Assembly (NCBI GenBank): GCA_033852155.1
Contig: JAWSVA010000014.1
Location: 101,393-165,392, forward strand
Length of the DNA: 64,000 bases
Direction: 5' to 3'
DNA from: Gammaproteobacteria bacterium
GTDB lineage: Bacteria; Pseudomonadota; Gammaproteobacteria; QZLD01
Part shown: one piece after another, positions 42,001 through 50,859 of the stretch
Layout: every line of letters begins with the position of its first letter
Numbering within the stretch: position 1 is the first letter of the stretch
Notes under the pieces: model-generated
The model's database searches: none
Told to the model about the DNA's origin: nothing
The model's input: the letters and a program-made list of their open reading frames with translations, nothing else
Position numbers and translations under genes: made by a program

Positions 42001-42968
42001 AAGAGGCTATAAATAACATAAACAATATAGCCGCCATAGTATACAAGCCAGTAAAGCCAATTGAACTTATTGAATCTGTATTAACTGTTCTTGATGCAGA
42101 AAATGAAATCATCAATGAAATAGAATCTTCAATAAACACCGAAGATGATCTGGAACAAATAGCAAAAGAAAAACTAAATGGAAATAAAGTTCTGGTGATT
42201 GACGATAACAACTTGAATTTACAAGTTGCAGGCGAGCTTATGCAGATTATAGGGATAGATGTAGACACTTCTGCAAGCGCTACCGAAGGTATAGAAAAAA
42301 TTCGTGAAAATGAATACAGCCTGGTTTTCATGGATATTCAGATGCCAGAACTAAATGGCTATGATGCAGCTGAAATAATTCGCAAAGATCCGAACATAAA
42401 AAACAATATAGTTATAGCAATGACAGCAAATGCAATGGATGGAGATAAAAGCTCTTGTCTAAGAGCGGGAATGGATGACTATATCCCCAAACCTATCAAT
42501 ACAACATCGCTATACAAACTACTATTAAAGTGGCTGGATAAAGATTCAGACAAACAAAATGCAATTCAAGAGCTTTCCTCCCCACTTGAAAGGATTAAAA
42601 TTCGTGCCAATGCGATCAAACAAGAAAACCAAATAGATTTTAATCTAGCAATACAAAAGCTTGGAAATAATAAGTCTTTATTTGTAAAATTAGTAGATGA
42701 TTTCTGTACAAGCTTTGTTGGTCACCCTCAACAAATTTCTGCTGCTATAAAAGATAATAATATTGAGCTTGCTCATAGGCTTGCCCACACCGTAAAAGGT
42801 GTATCAGGAACGTTTGGCGCTAACTTCCTCTATGATTCGTCCCTACTTTTAGAAACCATGTTAAAACGTGGTGAAACTGAAAATCTTGAGCTCACCCAAT
42901 CTATGTTCAAAAAAGACTTTGAAAATTGTCATGCTCAACTAAATACATTTCTAAAAAGCATAAAATAG
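39030..42968 (+). CDS. Hybrid sensor histidine kinase (tandem GAF-like sensor region, HisKA, HATPase_c, two receiver domains, C-terminal HPt)
   Basis: H-box MSHEIRTPMNAVIGL. N-box/G-boxes (NAIKFT, DTGIGI, GGTGLGL). Receivers ILVVDDNRNLR...DIHMPVMDG and KVLVIDDNNLNL...DIQMPELNG. HPt motif HTVKGVSGTFGA. Exact start codon uncertain. Confidence 0.9.
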   Translation: MLKLNVPAIFILIATTIKTYANKIIISPMNKILSEDNENIRITPATITGSVEKTLESHPSLLNLYHSDPTFYESIIGVNSINELLDITLKECKKKWGFEYLGAQLVDKKSNTIKFASVLCTQVITKDVQNLITREIWMESKESVSSYAAIKKTWIYNDIDKLLASEDIAFMDKEPLVTLGVKETLIIPILIKGESIALFNLGSMTKKQGYDTETLEQIVCFLNSLSTYIRIFKHQHVIEEHTQEQKETLKLVSKISSTINFDEIIDLLQASIKSITDYDGLIIHLYDDDTQKLKIQGIDLPLKYKPVEKPLLNFATSINEQEAIVDCFQNNHVVEIDLKDLDSQSISLKNQFIGWEIKSVKIIPLSISDLAPLGTIYVFCCDENKQITAPMIEKVRQKIIQFYNPIKNSYKYINLKKSEAAFRCAQDERSKLIKFINLVNSLNSADKIYKTISQEILKLYDFETAHIMMEQNSKLIAKASESKFDRYNSICTEWTMLMREVDYDVSKATGAYPLTFVGKKAFYFGNLDDIVDIKMSDNDEKIIGSISKIHNIKSIMNFPIINNGASIGVISLMSLSAHVELSSEDISFLELIGEFFGSAITNAGLYTTIATHKNEVERTLFELESTQKKLIDTERKRAEALLIAKETAEATAKSKSQFLANMSHEIRTPMNAVIGLTNLALRNELPAKVKSYLHKIDTSSKTLLHLINDILDFSKIESGKFTIEKTTFSLRGVLDNISDIFTPKLAENPDVDIIITADDDICDTLCGDPNRIGQIIINIVNNAIKFTNSGEVTLNIRQKGNSQKPYKLEFSISDTGIGIKDDVIGSLFDSFTQADGSISRKYGGTGLGLTICKSLVELMGGRIWVESEIGKGSTFYFIIKLDKVESKSSVNIHIPDIIRNKKILVVDDNRNLRTELCNTLKSYGLSADAVSSGSEAINRLNAAHSSQQPYQLAIIDIHMPVMDGVQTAQNIYLDDKFNNLPIISLGTLGQEEAINNINNIAAIVYKPVKPIELIESVLTVLDAENEIINEIESSINTEDDLEQIAKEKLNGNKVLVIDDNNLNLQVAGELMQIIGIDVDTSASATEGIEKIRENEYSLVFMDIQMPELNGYDAAEIIRKDPNIKNNIVIAMTANAMDGDKSSCLRAGMDDYIPKPINTTSLYKLLLKWLDKDSDKQNAIQELSSPLERIKIRANAIKQENQIDFNLAIQKLGNNKSLFVKLVDDFCTSFVGHPQQISAAIKDNNIELAHRLAHTVKGVSGTFGANFLYDSSLLLETMLKRGETENLELTQSMFKKDFENCHAQLNTFLKSIK

Positions 42969-43124
42969 TTAAAGCCAAGCACGCTATTTGTCTAATGCCA
43001 CAATTCTGCCACAATTCATAATCGCTTTTACATGATATCCACCCTAAACTGCCCTGTAATTCATCTATAATTATTTTGATGGGCTTATTTGATGAGCATG
43101 GAATGGACTTATAGGAAGAAAATC

Positions 43125-46100
43125 ATGAGAAAGTTTTTGGCGTTAACAATACTTTTGGCGTTTACAATATTAATGTTACCACTAACATCATTTGCTGCGA
43201 GTAACGATTTTAATCTGATAAAGGCATCAGAAAAAATCATCAACAAAACACCAGTGCTTTATCTAGAATTTAATCATGAGTTGGATACTAGTATTAACAA
43301 CAACAACTCCTTTCAAGTCACTTCCACAGAGAACAACAAGGTACACAATATTCATGGTGGATGGGTTATAGATGACAATGAAAAAAACATCTATTTCTCC
43401 AATATACAGCCCAATAAAACCTACGATATATTGATAAGAAACCTTACTAGTCGCAGTAAAAATAAGCTGGAAAATAATATAACGGTTTCAGTAAAAACTA
43501 ATCATCTCTCCCCTCAATTTGGATTTGCAGCACAAGGTTCAATACTCCCTAAAAATACAAATGGAGGACTTCCGATAATGACAATCAATGTCGACGAAGT
43601 TGATATTGAATTCTTACATGTACTGCCTCATAAACTTAACTCATTCCTGCAGCGCTACTACCTTACAAAAGTCAGTCATAACTATGAGATGAGAGATCTG
43701 CATAATTATGCCGAACCTGTTCATCAAGGTAGATTTGTTATTAATGACAAAACAAAAAACAAGCGCATAACTTCAAATATCGATCTTGAACCGATTAAAG
43801 GCTTAAAAAAAGCGGGGATGTATATAGCTGTAATGAAGCGTCCTGGGGTCTATGAATATAGTTATAAAACAGCATATTTCTTCATTAGTGATATAGGTTT
43901 ACATACACGCAAATACCAAAATCACATCGATATTTATACCGCTTCATTACAAGATGGAAAGCCAATAAAAGATGTAGATCTTAAGCTATATAACTATAAC
44001 AATCTCGTTACAAGTGAAGGCAAAACAGATCAAAAAGGTTATGCATCGTTAAAGCTATCAATGCGCGAAAACACTGACTCCTTAATCATCGCCCAAAAAG
44101 ATTCAGAGATTTCATTTATTAAAATAAACACATCGGCTTTAGATTTATCAGAGTTCCCAATAGGTGGTGTTAACCAAAATCATCTCAATGGATTCATCTT
44201 TAGTAATCGCGATCTATACAGGCCAGGTGAAACCATTCCCCTATCAGTACTCTTACGCGATTATGATGGGAAACCGGTTGCCGAAAGACCTATATATCTC
44301 ACCGTTAGCGATCCTTCTGGCAGTAAATACAAACAATACACCTTGCGAAGCTCTAACAGTGGTTATTACGAAAAAAGCATCTGGATCCCCGAAAACTCAA
44401 AAACAGGAAAATGGACCGCAATAGTTCACACCAGCTCCAATCTAAGATCATCAATTGGTAAATTCAAATTTAATGTTGAAGAGTTTCTGCCAGAGAGAAT
44501 CAAACTTGAGCTAACATCTGCCGAAAAGATCTATCAAGCCAATCAATCAATCGATATTGAGTTACAAGCAGATTATCTATATGGAGCACCCGCTTCATCA
44601 AATAAGGCATCTGCAGTATCTATCATCAAATCCAACATCCACCCCAGCAAAAAGCATCAAAAATTCTTCTTTGGAAACCATATACAAAGCAAGCAGCCAA
44701 TACGCAACAATATTTTTGATGGAAAACTCGATAAAGATGGTAAAACAAAGATAGCTCTTAAAACCCCAGCAAAAGTTGATGCACCAATGCGAGCAACACT
44801 TATCGCAAGTGTATTTGAATCTGGTGGAAGAGCCATAAACAGATCTATCGATAGACAAGTTTGGCCAGCAGAAACTGTAATAGGAATAAGGCCAACATTT
44901 GATGGTGGCTATGCTCCACTTAATCAGGACTTGGTATTCGAGTTAATAAATATTGATTATAAAGACAACTTAAAAGCCGCAGAAAACCTAGAAATCAAAC
45001 TGATTTTTGAAGAGCGCGATCACCACTGGTATTACGATAATGATAATGGTTGGGAGGCAAAATATACTCAGCTAGATCATGAGAGACATAAGACCACAAT
45101 AAATATAAAAGAAAATGCTATCGGCAAAGTATCCCTCCCCGCACAAAATTGGGGAAGGTATAGAGTTGAAGTAAGAACCCAAGATAAAAAAGTTCTCACC
45201 AGTTACCGCTTTCGCATGGGGTGGTTCTCGGATGACTCAAATAGCAATCGTCCAAATAAAGTACAGTTAAGCCTTAACAAAGAAAAATACCAAGCTGGTG
45301 AAATTGCAAAACTAAAGATACAACCGCCACACGCAGGCAATGCCATAATAATGGTGGAATCGAACAAAAAACTATTCAGTAAGCGAATATTTGTCCCCGC
45401 AACAGGGATTGAAACAGATATTAAAATTGATCCTAAATGGGATAGTCAAAACATCTATATAAGCGCAGTTATTTTCCGCGAATCTAGCAAAAAAGAGATG
45501 ATAACCCCACAGAGAGCCATGGGAATAATTTATCTTCCACTTGAACGCGAACAGCGCAAACTTAATGTACAAATTGAATCGATAGAAAAAGCTATTCCCA
45601 ACCAAGAGCTCGAATTAAAGATTAAAATTGCTGGGGCGAAAAACAAGAAAGTATGGGTGAAATTCGCTGCTGTTGATGTTGGAATTTTAAATATTACTAA
45701 CTTTAAAACTCCAGACCCATTCTCCCATTTTTTTGCTAAAAGACGCTATGAAGTGGATAGTTACGATCTTTACAATAAAATAATCGAAAGCCAAAAAGGG
45801 AGGCTAACAAAACAAAGATTTGGTGGGGATGCGGACATGAGCGGCAAGAGGAAAAACCGCCTACCAAAAGCCAAAATAAAACTTGTTTCACTATCTAAAA
45901 AATTGGTGCAAACAGACGAATCAGGTAACGCAACAATCAAGTTTAAAGCCCCTGATTTCAACGGAAAACTTAAGCTGACCGCAATAGCATTTACAGATGA
46001 TAGTTTTGGATCTGGTGAGAGTGAAACTATTGTAGCCTCCCCTATTGTTGCAGAGATATCTACCCCAAAATTCCTATCCGATAATGATGCTGCAATGATC

Positions 46101-47930
46101 GCCTTAGACATTCAGAACCTAAGCGGTTCACAACAAGAGATAGAGTTTGAACTAACGACTGAAGCACCGCTAAAAATAAGTAGCTATAGCATAGTAGAAA
46201 ATATTTCGGATAAATCTAAAAAGAGCTACTTCTTTGAGATAAGTGCGGGGGCATCCTACGGTATCGGCAAGATTAAGCTTAAATTATCAACAGCTGATAA
46301 AATTCAACTTGAACGAGAATGGGAGTTAGCAATCAGGCCGGCTTATCCAAGCGAGATGCGAACATTCATGACTAAAATCGCTGGCGATGGAAAGTTCACC
46401 CTGAAGCAAGAGTGGGTAGATGGTCTTAATCCAGAAAGCACAACTATCGATATAGTTGCCTCAAATACACCACCATTTAATTTAAATAACATAGCAAAAG
46501 GTCTATTTGGTTATCCATACGGCTGTCTTGAGCAAACAACAAGCAAGGCATTTGCAAACCTCTTCATAGATGATAAAACAGCCAAGCTTCTCAACCGTAA
46601 GCCAATATCAACCGCAGAGAGAATTGATAAACATGAAAGAGCAATTTCAAGGTTGTCTGGTATGCAGCTTGCGAACGGTGCTTTTGGTTTATGGAGCAGT
46701 AATAGTCCAGAGGAACCTTGGCTAAGCGCATATGTAGCCGATTACCTTTTAACCGCCAAAGATAAAGGGTTTGATATTCCTGAGCTAATGCTTACCAAAC
46801 TACTCGCGCAATTAAAAAACAGAATAAATGGTCGTTCACTTTCTATAGTAAGCCGACTTTATAGCCAAGATAGAAACCACCTTGCCTTTGCATCGGATGC
46901 CTATGCCGCCTATGCATTGTCAAAGGTAAACATGGTAGAACTAAGTACCTTGCGCAATATGTATGAATATAAAAAATCACACGCTAAATCTGGTTTACCA
47001 CTGGTTCATCTTGGTCTTGCACTGATTAATTTAGGCGATAAACGCAAAGGGATGGATGCGATAAAAGATGGAATCAAAACTAAGCGCGCAAGAAAATATC
47101 TTGGCGATTATGGGACTGACTTGCGCGACTCAGCATTGGTGTTATCACTTCTTAAAAACCATGCTATCGAACTAGAAAACAATCTAATCCATGCGATATG
47201 GCAAGAATCTAAAGCCAAGCGTTATCTGAGTACACAAGAGCGAGTTTCAATTCTTAAAGCTGGATTCTCGACAATTGATGAAAGCAGTCCGTTCACTGTT
47301 GGTGTTATTCAAGACATGATTGAAGAGAGAATAGATGCCAAAAAATTCTTTAGTATGGAGTTCACCCATGATGATGTAACTACCGGGACTGATTTACAAT
47401 TCTTCAGCGATAAAGAGATGTTTGTTTATGCTGCAGTATCAGGATATCCAATAGCCCCACCAAAACCTAAAATGGATAATTTCGAGGTCACCAGAAACCT
47501 ATACTCCATGGATGGTAAGCCATTAGATAAGAGGGTATTTGAGAGTGGCGAAATGATTATTGCTCACCTTCAAATAAAAACTAATGAATATTATGACAAC
47601 GCTATGATAATTGACCTTATCCCTGCTGGATTAGAGATTGAAAACCTCAATCTAACTCAGGGTGATAGCCTAAATAACACGCGGTTAAGCGGAATTAATC
47701 CGGCCGCAGCTATGAAAAGTTATAATATAAAGCACATTGAATTTCGGGATGACAGATATGTTGCAGCACTAGCATTGTCTCCAGATAGAGTTACCCATCT
47801 ATTCTATATCCTACGAGCCGTTTCTCCAGGGGTATACATTGTTCCTCCAACTTATGTTGAGGATATGTATAGGCCACAACACAATGGGATAGGACTAACA
47901 CACAAACCTATTACAGTACAAAATAAGTGA
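43125..47930 (+). CDS. yfhM: Bacterial alpha-2-macroglobulin family protein (YfhM-like) with thioester motif
   Basis: Signal peptide MRKFLALTILLAFTILMLPLTSFAA. Thioester CLEQ (GYPYGCLEQTTSK). ~1600 aa. Paired with pbpC. AGGAAG ribosome-binding site before the ATG at 43125; ORF-track start 43089 is probably too early. Confidence 0.9.
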   Translation: MRKFLALTILLAFTILMLPLTSFAASNDFNLIKASEKIINKTPVLYLEFNHELDTSINNNNSFQVTSTENNKVHNIHGGWVIDDNEKNIYFSNIQPNKTYDILIRNLTSRSKNKLENNITVSVKTNHLSPQFGFAAQGSILPKNTNGGLPIMTINVDEVDIEFLHVLPHKLNSFLQRYYLTKVSHNYEMRDLHNYAEPVHQGRFVINDKTKNKRITSNIDLEPIKGLKKAGMYIAVMKRPGVYEYSYKTAYFFISDIGLHTRKYQNHIDIYTASLQDGKPIKDVDLKLYNYNNLVTSEGKTDQKGYASLKLSMRENTDSLIIAQKDSEISFIKINTSALDLSEFPIGGVNQNHLNGFIFSNRDLYRPGETIPLSVLLRDYDGKPVAERPIYLTVSDPSGSKYKQYTLRSSNSGYYEKSIWIPENSKTGKWTAIVHTSSNLRSSIGKFKFNVEEFLPERIKLELTSAEKIYQANQSIDIELQADYLYGAPASSNKASAVSIIKSNIHPSKKHQKFFFGNHIQSKQPIRNNIFDGKLDKDGKTKIALKTPAKVDAPMRATLIASVFESGGRAINRSIDRQVWPAETVIGIRPTFDGGYAPLNQDLVFELINIDYKDNLKAAENLEIKLIFEERDHHWYYDNDNGWEAKYTQLDHERHKTTINIKENAIGKVSLPAQNWGRYRVEVRTQDKKVLTSYRFRMGWFSDDSNSNRPNKVQLSLNKEKYQAGEIAKLKIQPPHAGNAIIMVESNKKLFSKRIFVPATGIETDIKIDPKWDSQNIYISAVIFRESSKKEMITPQRAMGIIYLPLEREQRKLNVQIESIEKAIPNQELELKIKIAGAKNKKVWVKFAAVDVGILNITNFKTPDPFSHFFAKRRYEVDSYDLYNKIIESQKGRLTKQRFGGDADMSGKRKNRLPKAKIKLVSLSKKLVQTDESGNATIKFKAPDFNGKLKLTAIAFTDDSFGSGESETIVASPIVAEISTPKFLSDNDAAMIALDIQNLSGSQQEIEFELTTEAPLKISSYSIVENISDKSKKSYFFEISAGASYGIGKIKLKLSTADKIQLEREWELAIRPAYPSEMRTFMTKIAGDGKFTLKQEWVDGLNPESTTIDIVASNTPPFNLNNIAKGLFGYPYGCLEQTTSKAFANLFIDDKTAKLLNRKPISTAERIDKHERAISRLSGMQLANGAFGLWSSNSPEEPWLSAYVADYLLTAKDKGFDIPELMLTKLLAQLKNRINGRSLSIVSRLYSQDRNHLAFASDAYAAYALSKVNMVELSTLRNMYEYKKSHAKSGLPLVHLGLALINLGDKRKGMDAIKDGIKTKRARKYLGDYGTDLRDSALVLSLLKNHAIELENNLIHAIWQESKAKRYLSTQERVSILKAGFSTIDESSPFTVGVIQDMIEERIDAKKFFSMEFTHDDVTTGTDLQFFSDKEMFVYAAVSGYPIAPPKPKMDNFEVTRNLYSMDGKPLDKRVFESGEMIIAHLQIKTNEYYDNAMIIDLIPAGLEIENLNLTQGDSLNNTRLSGINPAAAMKSYNIKHIEFRDDRYVAALALSPDRVTHLFYILRAVSPGVYIVPPTYVEDMYRPQHNGIGLTHKPITVQNK

Positions 47931-50308
47931 TATTAAATTATTTAAGATTCCTGAGCGTAGCTGAAGGATCAAGAAAAACCAAAAAGTTGGCAATAATATT
48001 TGTAATAGCCTCTTTAGTTTTATTCATAGCGTTCATTACAGCTGACTACATCGCCCCTCTGCCTGAATCACAGCATAAGTTCAGCACTGTGGTTCTAGCA
48101 GATGACAATACACCACTGAGGGCATTTCCTGATAAAAATGGGGTATGGCGCTACCCTATAACAGCTGCTGACGTATCTCCCAAATATATCCAAGCACTAA
48201 TGGGATATGAGGACAGATGGTTTTACTATCACCCGGGAGTAAATCCATTAGCTCTATGCCGTGCTTTTGGGCAGATGATTAGATATGGAAAACCCGTATC
48301 AGGCGGTTCAACCATAACCATGCAGGTGGCAAGGCTACTGGACCCACATAGTAAAACCCTGCAGGGCAAATTTAAACAGATGTTCCGTGCAGTGCAGCTG
48401 GAATGGCACATGAGTAAGGCTGAGATTCTGGATATATATCTTAATATTGCTCCATTTGGAGGCCCAATCGAAGGTGTGCAAGCTGCAAGCTTCACCTACT
48501 TGGGTAAACCTGCAAAGCAACTAACGTATGCAGAGGCGGCACTCTTAGCGGTATTACCACAATCCCCTAGCCGTTTCCGCCCAGATCGTCATCCACAACG
48601 TGCAAAAAAAGCCCGTGATAAAGTTCTTAAACGCTTAGAAAAATTTAACATCTGGCCAAAAATTGAGATTGAAGATGCATTTGCTGAAGATATTCCCATG
48701 CAGAATAATTCCCGCCCCAAAAAGGCAGCTTTATTGGCATACCGACTCTTAAGTAAACAAAATAATTATGCAGATAAAATTGAAACTACTATCGACTTTA
48801 ACCTGCAAACATCTCTGGAGGAACAGTTAAAAACGTATATATCACAACTACCAGCAAAGACATCTGCCGCAATTTTAGTTGTTGAGAATAAAACCATGCA
48901 AGCTCGTGCTTATATCGGGTCTGCCGATTACAGTGATGGTTCACGATTCGGCTATGTCGATATGATTAGAAGTATGCGTTCACCAGGTTCAACTTTAAAA
49001 CCATTCCTTTATGGTCTGGCAATGGATGAAGGGTTGATACACTCATCCAGCCTGTTGCAAGATGTCCCGCTTAGCTTTGATGGCTACAAACCACAAAACT
49101 TCCTCGGCGGCTATAATGGTGCCGTTACCGTAAGTTCAGCTTTGCAAAAATCACTTAACATCCCAGCAGTACAAGTTCTTAAACATTATGGTGAAAATAG
49201 ATTCATTGATAATCTAAGAAATTCCGGATTAAAACTAAAAATACCGGGCAATGGAAAACCCAATTTAGCGGTAATTCTCGGAGGTGTCGCTACCAACTTA
49301 GAAACGCTGGTTGGAACATATTCCTCATTAAATAATAATGGTTTAGCAGCAAAAGTTATTTTCCAAAAAAACCAACCAACAAAATCACGCAGAATTTTAA
49401 GTCCAGAATCAGCTTGGATAATAAAAAAGATATTAGAAGAGAATGAACGCCCAGGAATCAACGACTCAGTACTCTTCCGCACCAACTCAAGAAAAGTAGC
49501 CTGGAAAACCGGAACAAGCTATGGGCACCGCGACTCATGGGCTGTAGGGGTAACCAATCAATATACAATTGGCGTATGGGTTGGCAGACCAGATAGCACG
49601 CCGCAACCAGGGCAATATGGTGCAGTTACCGCCGCCCCACTCCTCTTTAATATTGTTGACGGACATAACCTTTCACCTTATTGGTCCGACAACAATTCAA
49701 CCCCAAAAGGAATCACCCAAACAACTACCTGCTGGCCACTCGGGGTAGAAAAAAATGGTACTCAAGATCCAAACTGTCATGTTGAACATCAAGCATGGGT
49801 TATCGATGGTATAACCCCAACAACATTACGTGAGAACAAAACTAAAATCACCGCCAATACAGTATCGATACTAATTGATAACAAGAACGGAAAACGGGTA
49901 AATCTCGCTTGCAGTAAAAACGCTACGACTCCAACCAAATTTGCTATCTGGCCAACACGAGTTTTACCTTGGCTTGCTCCCGAGGTTAGATCAAAAGCAA
50001 CACCACCAAAACCAGCCCCAAACTGCCTAGAGCTTCAACCACTGTTTGATAGTAAAATAAAAATCATTGGTATTAACGACAATACTATTATCAAACGTAT
50101 ACCAAATTCAAAAGATAACCCAACCATCTCACTCAGCGTAAGCGGCGCAGAATCAGATGTATACTGGCTAAAAGACCAACAACTAATTAGAAAATTATCA
50201 CCAAATCAAAACCTGCTTTATAAATTCAGCACCGAAGGTGAGCATAACTTTTTTGCGATTGATGAGGCGGGGAATATGGATAAAATAAGTGTGGTTTATA
50301 AGCTGTAG
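47927..50308 (+). CDS. pbpC: Penicillin-binding protein 1C (bifunctional transglycosylase/transpeptidase)
   Basis: GT51 motifs (EDRWFYYHPGVNP, RYGKPVSGGSTITMQ). Transpeptidase STLKP (SxxK) and KTGTS (KTG). ATGA overlap with the A2M gene. Confidence 0.9.
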   Translation: MILNYLRFLSVAEGSRKTKKLAIIFVIASLVLFIAFITADYIAPLPESQHKFSTVVLADDNTPLRAFPDKNGVWRYPITAADVSPKYIQALMGYEDRWFYYHPGVNPLALCRAFGQMIRYGKPVSGGSTITMQVARLLDPHSKTLQGKFKQMFRAVQLEWHMSKAEILDIYLNIAPFGGPIEGVQAASFTYLGKPAKQLTYAEAALLAVLPQSPSRFRPDRHPQRAKKARDKVLKRLEKFNIWPKIEIEDAFAEDIPMQNNSRPKKAALLAYRLLSKQNNYADKIETTIDFNLQTSLEEQLKTYISQLPAKTSAAILVVENKTMQARAYIGSADYSDGSRFGYVDMIRSMRSPGSTLKPFLYGLAMDEGLIHSSSLLQDVPLSFDGYKPQNFLGGYNGAVTVSSALQKSLNIPAVQVLKHYGENRFIDNLRNSGLKLKIPGNGKPNLAVILGGVATNLETLVGTYSSLNNNGLAAKVIFQKNQPTKSRRILSPESAWIIKKILEENERPGINDSVLFRTNSRKVAWKTGTSYGHRDSWAVGVTNQYTIGVWVGRPDSTPQPGQYGAVTAAPLLFNIVDGHNLSPYWSDNNSTPKGITQTTTCWPLGVEKNGTQDPNCHVEHQAWVIDGITPTTLRENKTKITANTVSILIDNKNGKRVNLACSKNATTPTKFAIWPTRVLPWLAPEVRSKATPPKPAPNCLELQPLFDSKIKIIGINDNTIIKRIPNSKDNPTISLSVSGAESDVYWLKDQQLIRKLSPNQNLLYKFSTEGEHNFFAIDEAGNMDKISVVYKL

Positions 50309-50344
50309 TGTTAATCAATAAGTGTCATTTTTATTCTTAAATAA

Positions 50345-50368
50345 ATTTTACATTCGCGAATGTAAAAT
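50345..50368. promoter_or_regulatory. Perfect 24-bp palindrome ATTTTACATTCG|CGAATGTAAAAT just downstream of pbpC
   Basis: Read directly. Zero-spacer dyad, AT-rich arms; either a weak terminator hairpin or a dimeric-regulator operator. Confidence 0.4.
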
Positions 50369-50859
50369 CTTAATCTGAGGCATTTTTGCCACTTTTTGCA
50401 ATTTTCAAAAAAGACAATCTATATATTTATCAAAAGATTAACATAATCAGTGAATTGTCCACTCGAGTGGACAATGTTTGCAAAAAGCACCTAAAAAAAC
50501 AAAAAACACTGCCGAAAAAGTTTGGGAATATTGGGATAGGAGAAAGAACTAATACTAACCTTGTAAGTTGGTGGTGAGCCCTTCGACTTAAGTTTATCTC
50601 GAGCCTTTCGGCTACGCTCAAGATAAACCAAGGCCGAGAGGTTCAGGATAAACCAAGGCGAACCCCAACATAACGTAAGCTAACTTAAAAGCAAACGCTG
50701 GGGCTCACTCTTCACCGTCACCCTACGCACCTCAAAAATAATATTTCAAAAGGCATAATATTACTCTGACGCAAATTAGTTTACAGCTACTTGAAGAAGC
50801 ACTAAGTGATTCTATACTGATATTAGCGAATAATACTTAACCACTAGCAGGGAGCTTTC

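Noticed and set aside
40595-42331. Several minus-strand ORFs (62-129 aa) inside the hybrid histidine kinase gene
   Set aside because: Antisense to intact HisKA/HATPase/receiver motifs; low-complexity translations.
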